From Ylistrum balloti (taxonomy: Eukaryota): DNA of 64,000 nt. Under the pieces are notes generated by a model that saw nothing but the letters and a program-made list of their open reading frames with translations, was not told the origin of the DNA and did no database searches. This document shows, in pieces, positions 54,701 to 64,000 of this stretch. The position numbers and the translations under genes are program-made. The stretch covers positions 868,001 to 932,000 of the forward strand of contig NW_026781862.1 in the NCBI RefSeq assembly GCF_031769215.1, read 5' to 3'. Every line of letters starts with the position of its first letter. Within the stretch, counting starts at the first letter, position 1.

Positions 54701-57700
54701 TGGGAGTCTTCTTGAAAGGAGAGCATGATGATGAGTTTGGGAGTCTTCTTGAAACGAGAGCATGATGATGAGTTTGGGAGTCTCCTGTAAAGGAGAGCAT
54801 GATGATGAGTTTGGGAGTCTTCTTGAAAGGAGAGCATGATGATGAGTTTGGGAGTCTTCTTGAAAGGAGAGCATGATGATGAGTTTGGGAGTCTCCTGTA
54901 AAGGAGAGCATGATGATGAGTTTGGGAGTCTTCTTGAAAGGAGAGCATGATGATGAGTTTGGGAGTCTTCTTGAAAGGAGAGCATGATGATGAGTTTGGG
55001 AGTCTCCTGTAAAGGAGAGCATGATGATGAGTTTGGGAGTCTTCTTGAAAGGAGAGCATGATGATGAGTTTGGGAGTCTTCTTGAAAGGAGAGCATGATG
55101 ATGAGTTTGGGAGTCTTCTTGAAAGGAGAGCATGATGATGAGTTTGGGAGTCTTCTTGAAACGAGAGCATGATGATGAGTTTGGGAGTCTCCTGTAAAGG
55201 AGAGCATGATGATGAGTTTGGGAGTCTTCTTGAAAGGAGAGCATGATGATGAGTTTGGGAGTCTTCTTGAAAGGAGAGCATGATGATGAGTTTGGGAGTC
55301 TCCTGTAAAGGAGAGCATGATGATGAGTTTGGGAGTCTTCTTGAAAGGAGAGCATGATGATGAGTTTGGGAGTCTTCTTGAAAGGAGAGCATGATGATGA
55401 GTTTGGGAGTCTTCTTGAAACGAGAGCATGATGATGAGTTTGGGAGTTTCCTGTAAAGGAGAGCATGATGATGAGTTTGGGAGTCTCCTGTAAAGGAGAG
55501 CATGATGATGAGTGTGGGAGTCTCCTTCAAAGGAGAGCATGATGATGAGTGTGGGAGTCTTCTTGAAAGGAGAGCATGATGATGAGTTTGGGAGTCTTCT
55601 TGAAAGGAGAGCATGATGATGAGTTTGGGAGTCTCCTTCAAAGAGAGCATGATGATGAGTGTGGGAGTCTCCTTCAAAGGAGAGCATGATGATGAGTTTG
55701 GGAGTCTCCTTCAAAGGAGAGCATGATGAAGAGTTTGGGAGTCTTCTTCAAAGGAGAGCATGATGATAAGTTTAGGAGTCTCCTTCAAGGAGAGCATGAT
55801 GATGAGTTTGGGAGTCTTCTTCAAGGAGAGCATGATGATGAGTTTGGGAGTCTTCTTCAAAGGAGAGCATGATGATAAGTTTAGGAGTCTCCTTCAAGGA
55901 AAGCAAGATGATGAGTTTGGGAGTCTTCTTCAAAGGAGAGCATGATGTTGAGTCTGGGAAATTATTTCAAAAGAGAAGAAGGATATGAGTTTGGGAATCT
56001 CTTTCAAAGGAAAAGGTGGGTATGAGTGTGGGAATAAATTTCAAAGAAAAGGCTGGTATGAGTTGGTTATTGGAGAGACTGTGAGATTAGGAATCTGGTT
56101 CAAACAAGAAGGTGATTAGGTAATCATAAATCTACTTCTAATAGGACAGTGATTAGGGATGGCCATGAGATTACAAATTTTATCAAGAAACACTTATCTT
56201 TATTAGAAAAGATTGCTGAGACCACCAGGAAGCTGCTTCATTGGATAAAATGGTTGTAAATTGGGAATATTTTTCAAAGGAAATGATGGTTGCTTGAGGT
56301 CCTTTTAGTCAAAGATCCTACACTGGAATGAACATTTTCAGGTTTTTGTTATTCTGCCGTTTATATCAATTCAGTTTGTTAAAGAAGTTTATTAATGTTT
56401 AAAACTGAGGTTATGATTGTCATATTTGTAATTCTAAAGTATAGTTACTGGAACAGTTAGTAGTAGTTGTAGCAATAGTTGTGATAAATCATAGAGTACA
56501 TGTAGGTTTGATTGTAGCCTTTTTTTAGGATATTGATAAGTCCAATATTATAACTGCTTTCATCCTGAAACATTTTTTTTTGCTGAAATGCAGTTGTTTA
56601 GTAAACATTACAAATGTAGTATTAGTAGAACAGCAGAGATTTGTAAAGTGTTTTGAGATAGGACAGCTAACAATTAAACATTATTTATTTTAAAACAATT
56701 GCTAAAGAATAATTCATTCAAACATATATTAATCACTCTTATTGGCCCTAATGGAAGGCTTGCGAGATGTCTGTGGGAAGAAATGGAAGACATGTGGTCA
56801 GGCAGGTGACTCCAAACCTTTTATTGTCCATTCCGGGAATCAAAACCTAGCTGCCTAGGCATTACCATTGAGCCATCTGGCCACCCACAAAACAGCTGAG
56901 AAATAAGCTGTTATTTACAAAATACATTGAGACGGAACAGATGAAAGATAAAATATTATTAGCGAAATGCATTGAGACAACACATCTGAGAAACAAGATG
57001 ATGCTATTTATGAAATGCTTTGAGATAGTCTAAATTGATGTTTTGTTTATTTTACATATTGATAAGCATGAAACAGTAAAGTTGACACTTTTCTTAAAGG
57101 ATAATCTATAACCATTCCTCCATGGATGTAATCATCTTGATCTTGGTACAGAGTATATTTATTAAAAAAATAAAATGTCCTTACTTGTTAGAGAATATCT
57201 AGGAGACAGAACATGATCTGAAGTGAAACCTGCTGATTCTCTAGGTATAATGTACTGAAAATCTCTAGAGTTTGAGACTCCCATCTTTTGTACTCTTCCA
57301 ACAAATAATATTCGTATTCTAAAAAAATCAATCTTATTCTTTAATTATGTGTATAGATAATTTACTTGTTCTCTAGAGAAAATCCAAATTGTGTCGAGAG
57401 ACAATTTACATATTCTCTATAGACAATATTCTTTTACTTTAAAGATAATCTATTTTTTACTCTCGTGCTTAAAGACAGTTGTCTTATTCTCTAGAGATAA
57501 TATACTTATTCTCTAAAGAAAATTATAATTATGTCTTGAGACAATAAACATATTCTTTTTACTTTAAAGATAATCTATTTCTACTATAATAATGTTTATA
57601 TACCATTTCCTTGTTCAGTTTACTCAGTACAATCTACTTATCCTTTAGAGATAATTTGAATTTGTTCCAAGGATAATCTACTTATTTCCTTAGAGACTAC

Positions 57701-60700
57701 TTATTCTCCAAAGAAAATTTACTTATTCTCTGTTTATTATTTTAAGGCAATCTGCTATTCTTAAGAGAAAATCTTTAAATTTTCTTAAAAATAATCCACT
57801 TACCCTCTGTTTATTCCTATGAGATAATCTACTTTTCTTTTCTTTAGAGATCATCTAGTTATTTTCTTGAGATAATCTACTTGTTCTCTGTGATAATCTA
57901 TTATTCTTTAGAGATAATCTAGTTATTTTCTTGAGATAATCTACTTGTTCTCTGTGATAATCTATTATTCCTTAGAGATAATCTGTTTATTTTGTTGAGA
58001 TAATCTACTTATTCTCTGATAATCTGTTATTCTTGAGAGATAATCTGTTTATTTTGTTGAGATAATCTACTTATTCTCTGTGATAATCTATTATTCCTTA
58101 GAGATAATCTGTTTATTTTGTTGAGATAATCTACTTATTCTCTGATAATCTATTATTCCTTAGAGATAATCTGTTTATTTTGTTGAGATAATCTACTTAT
58201 TCTCTGTGATGATCTATTATTCCTTAGAGATAATCTACTTATTTTTTCAAAATAATCTACTATTCTTTGAGATAGATAATCTATTTATTTGCATGAATTA
58301 TTTGCCTGTCGTACATTCCTGTTCAGGGGTCATGAATTATGTACATGTATATAATCACACTTGTGACATCACTTTTGTATTGAAAAGAGAGGTGACTTAA
58401 AAAGGCAAAGGTAGAATTTAGGAAACATTAGCACATTCCATGAACATTTCCATGTATCTGTGGAGATATCTGTAACATCTATTGAATGTGCATGTGGCAA
58501 TTTACTTTTACATTTAAAACCAATTTATATCATCATTAAATTGTCAGTTATGATTTAAAGTTTTCAGCACATTATATGGAATTATGTGACAACTGGCCTA
58601 TTAAATTTCCTCACTGCAGGTCTATTATACTGATGGTGAAGTTGTTTGTTTTGTTTCACACAGTAAATTAGATCACATGGATTGTGTTGGAACCATCATA
58701 ATGTTTACCATATTGATTAAGAATTAACTGATTTTTGGAGAATTTATTTATATAGAAAGGCTTTATTTAGAGAGTCAGTCACTTTACATAATGAACCAAG
58801 ATCAAAATCTGGAAAGGAAAGAAATATACTGTATTTCTCCGCCAATAAGCCCAGGGGGCCTGTGCATGAAATTGAGTCAAGAGTAGGGGGTGTGCTTATC
58901 GCCGGATAAGAGCCTATACCTGACCGATATCCTCGGTCGCCATCTTGGATTTTTCGCTACTGTTATCGATGTAAGTGATTTTTATTCCCTATTTATCTTT
59001 GTTTTCCCTGTTGAATACATTTCTTATTCACATCACAGTGAGGATTGTACAAATAAAGTTAAGAGATAAAATATATAGAAATGACAGGTTATAATCTTCT
59101 CCATGGACAAAAAATTACAACAGTCTGTATATATCTTAACCAATTCTTCGGTCTCTCTATTACGCCAACACAGATATCCATCTCTTCATATTGATTGTGT
59201 AATAAATTACAAAAAATAAATGACCTTTGTGTTGTTGTAATATAGTGTCTTGACAACAGATTTCTTCTGCTTTATTTTATGGCATAATTAGCAGTCTTTA
59301 GATAAAAAAATTAGTTTAGATGAATTTAAATAACTGATATTTTTTGGCATACAATACATAGCAGTATCATTAATATAACTACGAAAATTAACGTTACATT
59401 TTAATGTTGTAATTCTGAAATACTAATAACTTGAAATTTAGCATTCTATGGATACCTCACTTTAGAATTCTGTTTTGTTTGCAAACAAGAAACATTTGTA
59501 AATTAATCAATATGGAATCAAAGATTTTCTTTTTTCATAAAGCCATGACATTAAAAAAAGAATGGATAAAGAACTTATCAGTGTTGAATGTGAACATGTA
59601 CGTATATGGTTCAAGCTATAAACATTTGATGATGATTACATGTTGCAATTAAAAGAAATATTCGAGGGCTTGATCCTAATATCACAATTTCCATGCAAGA
59701 TGTTGGCAACTGGAAAACAAACTCACAACATAGGGATTTGAGAGCTGCAGGTTGATGAACATAACGGGGAAAATTTAGTCATCATAATAGTCTTATTTTG
59801 AAGTATTCAATTTCCTTTTGCAATATGAAGTTTGATGTGTTTAATGCTCATTAGTATGCCTTACTTACTTACTTAGATTTAACAAAATTTACAATTGACA
59901 GAGGTTGTCAAAGAATAAGAAAACACTTAACCTTACTGAACAGCTGGTCTTATTTCCCTTCCATATTTTTCAGGAGTTTCTGTGAAAATATTTTTTCTGT
60001 TAATATTTATCTTTCATTTCATCAAATTCAAGATTCTGTTGATATGTCAATGTTCTCTTTGATGTTTTGTCATTCAGTTTCACATCTCTGATTAATTTCA
60101 AATTAATTATTCAAATACTTCATAACCTTTCACTGACAAATATCTATTGGATTTCAAACACTGTAGATAACTTTGATAACCTGACGTTTCATACAGTACA
60201 AAAAGGTTACTCTTATCTTTCATTTCTCTGTAAATCAATATATCCATAGGGGTGTGATAGTAGTACACATTATTGTACAGAGGGGAGGATATAAAATTGT
60301 ATTATTTCAGCAACAAACAACATCATGGTCACATTGATGTGAAAATAAAAATTAGGTATACTCCGGAGTATTATGCAAGCACTTTAGATGTAACCATAAG
60401 TGTCTTTTATTTCTTGAAGCTGTTGTAAGGTTTGCATGTTAGTATTGTCAAGTTAAACTTAGGTTAAAAGCCTGTTGAAGTTCAAATATTTTATGACCTT
60501 TCATGATGGTGGAGACAATAATCAATTGTATGACCTTGAAACACAAATATTCACTAGAGGCAAAATTTTAGTGCATCAAGGGTAAATTTTGCATTTTATT
60601 TAAGTGGCTTTATAGGTATGCTTTATCAATAGACAACTGGTGTGTATCTGTTAATGTGTGTAATTGCTTTTACTTGAAAATTGTGAAATAGATCTTTTAT

Positions 60701-62768
60701 TTGCCTTGTCTGTTATGTAATTAATTCACCCTAGTGGGTACAAGCTGCACTCACTTAGTTTTGAAACTGATCAGAATAAGAATGTGCCAGATAGGCAGCA
60801 ATCTTTCATTTAGTAATTGTAATGTTTCCTGAGAATTACCTGATAAATTGTACTTAATCTTGATCTGTGGACTTTCCTTATTTGGTCCTTACCTGATTAG
60901 TTTGGTCTTAAAACTTAGTGGAAGGGGAACAAATGTTCGACAAGTAGCCATCCTGGATTTTGCTAGATAGGATTTGTTATTGCTATTTCTTGATAAGCAG
61001 ATACTGAGTGGATCTTTCTCAGATAACATATGTAGCTGTTCCTTTGTTTGTTGTTTAGCCACTTCAATTTTCAAACTGATTGAGAAAACTAAATAGCCAT
61101 CAGGAAGTCATATATAGTAATATTCATTTGAAGACTGATAATGCTGTTTTTCAGAAGGTATTTGATGCATAATCATTCTAAAATTTGAACCAGGTCAAAC
61201 ACATTTGCGGCACACTAATTTCAAACAAAGAACAAACCTTTTAATTTCTTATCTTCTTCTTTCTTGTTACACCTAAATAGGAAACAGGCGGTTATAGTTT
61301 TTTTATTTGTCTGTTCATTCTTCCATAATCTTTTCTGTGTCCTATGACCTACACTGCTTGTTACTGGAACTTCATCCATAGAGGATGGGTTCACCTTGTT
61401 GAAGGGATATGTCAAATATTAAAACAAGGTCACTCTTAGCTATATTTTGACCATTAAACTGCATCATCAAAAAGGTTTGTGTTTGAGAATTACCAGAGGA
61501 AATCCCACATGGTTGGGCTGTTGAGCCCTTACCTTTCTACTTCTGTTCAAGGAATCAAACCCATGACACTTTTTGAAAGGTGAGTGCGTTACCAATGCAC
61601 CACCTGAACACCTAAGATCATTTTTGTTAAAGGAGATTTAGATTGTTGGTCTATATAAATAGTAGTTTCAGAACAATGGTTGTTCTATTTGTTATTTCTT
61701 TCACTCAAGTTAGTTATTTTTCAAAATAGATATAAAAAAGAAATGCAAGCTGTAGCGAGTGTTTTGTAACTTCTTTGAAAGTTACTAATTCTACAACAAT
61801 AAAAAGTCAAATTTTACAAAGTTGAATAGGCAGACCTGTTTCGTACCCATGTGCATTTTTTACATGACCTTAATGAAATGTCACTAATTAATATGCAAAA
61901 TTGACAATTCAAGAAATAAATGGAGATCTTGTAACTCATTACAAATTATAACTAGAACTAATTTGGTTTGTTACCTTAAAAACCACAAAAAAGAATAGAA
62001 ATTCAGATAAAAATCAAATTATTTAAAAAAACAACCATAAACTACGTACTTATTACATTTTCTTATTTCCTTTTAGGTCAAAGTTCATCCTATCAGTCAA
62101 TCAAAACATGCTAATTTGTTATACCATGTGGTATAATATGTATGTTTACATAACATTTGGAATGATGAATTGATGCCTTTGGAGTTGATTAACACCCACC
62201 TACATTGTGATGGAAATGTAAATTGATATCTGATCTTATTGCTAGTGATATCACATTAGATTATATCATTACAGCTCGTACACAAACATTATTTATAGGG
62301 GTATTTTGCTTGTAATGTTTCAGGTCAAACAGATTATGGAAGAAGCTGTGACCAGGAAGTTTGTCCATGAGGAAAGTAGCAGTATCACATCACTTAGTGG
62401 TAAGTTCAATATACAACTTTTAACATTGCTTTTTTTAGTTCTATGATATTCAGTAATAGGCTAATGCCTAATAGGTAGATTCCAATAACCCGATAATCTG
62501 GAAACCGAAAGGTATGCGATTAGTAATAAAAGTAACATGGGTTTGTAGAGACATGCCATTTATAGACATGAATATAAAGTCTTTCAATGGCTTATCCTAC
62601 AGGTGCGGTGGAGGCTTGTTTGCTCCATGGACTCAAAAAACGTGCTCTTGGCCTGTTTAAGCACAGTACCACTACTGCTCTCCTTCAGAAAGTCTCCAAG
62701 AACTTTGAGCCAGCAGCAATCATCCTGAAGCTCTTCTCTGATGTGGAGTCCAGCAACGATCCTAACAA
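45789..62768 (+). CDS. SGSM1: Small G protein signaling modulator (SGSM1/SGSM2 family, RUN and TBC domains), 5' part only
   Basis: Exons 45789-45801 (MMAN+G), 45892-45935, 62324-62399, 62603-62768 splice in phase to [66 protein letters not shown], which matches the recalled SGSM1/2 N-terminal RUN region. SGSM1 versus SGSM2 cannot be resolved here, and an invertebrate likely has one co-ortholog. Confidence 0.9.
47340..47545 (+). mobile_element. CR1-like LINE ORF2 3' relic
   Basis: Reads YFSHV...ESRLNKHWQNEPSKFTPNC, similar to recalled CR1 ORF2 ends. Short and degenerate. Confidence 0.45.
49620..49860 (+). mobile_element. SINE relic
   Basis: Contains gtgtctttcggcaagacactttaccct (a conserved SINE central-domain-like word) and a tagggcgatgaaccc...aaataaacc tail. 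Confidence 0.45.
51600..52160. repeat. 61-bp tandem array, degenerate relatives continue to about 52660
   Basis: Unit aaatataccaagtgtctacctcacaaaatgggggacaaattctactatcattataccctgt. Confidence 0.9.
52211..52443. mobile_element. MITE-like element with ~43-bp imperfect terminal inverted repeats
   Basis: Left end agagttccttttgaaccccccacccaaagtggctacca pairs with right end tggtagtcattttgggtggggggttcaaaaagaactct. The interior is AT-rich. No clear target-site duplication. Confidence 0.65.
52710..53215. repeat. 51-bp tandem array, about 10 copies
   Basis: Unit attactgaccatgataaatatatcagattggattggttgattaaattatat. Confidence 0.96.
54400..55960. repeat. 37-bp tandem array, about 42 copies
   Basis: Unit gagcatgatgatgagtttgggagtcttcttgaaagga, with a variant ending ctcctgtaaagga. 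Confidence 0.97.
56820..56890 (-). mobile_element. tRNA-derived SINE head relic
   Basis: Minus strand has TGGCTCAATGG (A-box-like) and GGTTTTGATTCC (B-box-like). Confidence 0.35.
57350..58285. repeat. Degenerate ~20-bp-module minisatellite (gagataatctacttattctct)
   Basis: Directly visible, and more regular from 57840 to 58270. Confidence 0.85.
61480..61612 (-). mobile_element. tRNA-derived SINE relic
   Basis: Minus strand reads GGTGCATTGGTAACGCACTCACC...GGGTTTGATTCC followed by ccatgtgggattttcctctgg, a SINE body-like word. Confidence 0.5.
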
Positions 62769-63224
62769 GTGAGTCTGTGTTTATGTCAACTTGCCCAAAG
62801 TGCCACCTTACTTTTTGCAATAAAGGAGAGCTATTATCAATCTGTTGCAGAGAGTTCCTAATTACAAATTGGTTGTAGTGGTCTTTACTAGCAGAACTGA
62901 CCTATATATAACATACATGTATTCCTCTCTGTGTCACCTGCAGTATGGCAAAAATAACTAAATGGACACTGGTAGTGTCAATTTCTCCTCTGTGCGATAA
63001 CACTTATTATATCATCTGTATTACTTACTTTGATGAATAGCTAGATATGAAATTCCGTATGACCATCACCCGCCATCTTGGAGTTTAATCTCTCAGACAC
63101 AAAGGTGTGTTTGGATAATTTATGTTGTATTCAAGTGGTCATCTTTATGGTTTCCTAGTAGCAATTCTGGAATAAACGCTTCACTGTTAGGTTAGGTATG
63201 TGAAGATTTTTTTTTTAATTCTGT

Positions 63225-63990
63225 AGTAATGTCCATGTATGTGGATACTTAATAGCTATCTTTTGTAATGTCTGTGTGTGGGCATTCTCTAAGCTTCGAT
63301 ATCAATGTCTATTTACATGGAAACTCTCAAGGTTTCTATAGCAACGACCTGGATGTGGGCTGAGTTTTATGTAGCAATGTCTGTATGTGGGCACTCTCTA
63401 AGCTTCGATATCGATGTCTATTTACATGGAAACTCTCTAGGTTTCTATAGCAATGCTCCTGGATGTGGGCTGAGTTTTTATGTAGCAATGTCTGTGTGTG
63501 TGGGCACACTCTAAGGTTCTATATCAATGTCTGTTTACATGGGAACTCTCTAGATTTCTATAGCAATGCTCTTGGATGTGGCCTAAGTTTTTATGCAGCA
63601 ATGTCTGTATGTGGGCATTCTCTAAGCTTCTATATCAATGTCTATTTACATGGGAACTATCTAGGTTTCTATAGCAATGCTCCTGGATGTGGAAGTTTTT
63701 ATGTAGCAATGTCTGTATATGTGGATACTCTCGTGGTTTCCATAGCACTTTTTAGGTTTTTAGGTTTCTATAGCAATATATATGCATATGTGGGCACTTG
63801 AGAGGTTGATATTGCACTCTCTGGGATTTTGTAGCAAAGTCTGAATGTGGGCACTCTGTTGGTTTCTGTAGCAATGTTTGTATATATGGGCACTTTCTAG
63901 GATTTGATAGCATTATCTGTATATATGGACAGTGTTTTGGTTTCTAAAGTAAAGTTTGTTCATGGCCACTTGCAAGGTTTGCAGAGCAAT
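63225..63990. repeat. Degenerate ~120-bp tandem array of ~40-bp subunits
   Basis: Recurring gtagcaatgtctgtatgtgggcactctctaagcttc and ttctatagcaatgctcctggatgtggg. Confidence 0.85.
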
Positions 63991-64000
63991 GCCAATGGAT

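Noticed and set aside
54366-55714. Three long minus-strand ORFs (366, 432, 407 aa) as a real gene
   Set aside because: They are explained entirely by a stop-free 37-bp repeat unit, with no unique coding sequence or splice context.
42940-61612. tRNA genes at 42.9, 56.8 and 61.6 kb
   Set aside because: They have only degenerate A and B boxes without a complete cloverleaf, so they are treated as SINE relics.

Overview
AT-rich, intron-rich eukaryotic genomic DNA. The repeat types suggest a bivalve mollusc (inference). I reconstructed four spliced protein-coding genes by hand from splice sites, reading-frame phase and recalled homology. They form two head-to-head pairs: SMPD4 (minus, runs off the left edge) with NCBP3 (plus, complete), and VPS33A (minus, complete) with an SGSM1/2 RUN-TBC gene (plus, runs off the right edge). 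Introns contain many tandem arrays, a Penelope-like RT relic, CR1-like LINE 3' relics, SINE relics and HINE/pearl-like elements. Most entries in the supplied ORF track are artefacts or exon-plus-intron read-through. The most notable observations are: (1) an apparent AT-AG minor-spliceosome (U12) intron in SMPD4; (2) tandem amplification of exon 3' ends together with their donor sites, which in NCBP3 gives five in-frame donors 63 nt apart; (3) a GC-AG intron in VPS33A; (4) speculative exon-like and promoter-like islands in the 16.4-kb SGSM intron. No prokaryotic-type system (CRISPR, operon) is present. No database searches were run, so homology calls rest on recalled protein motifs.
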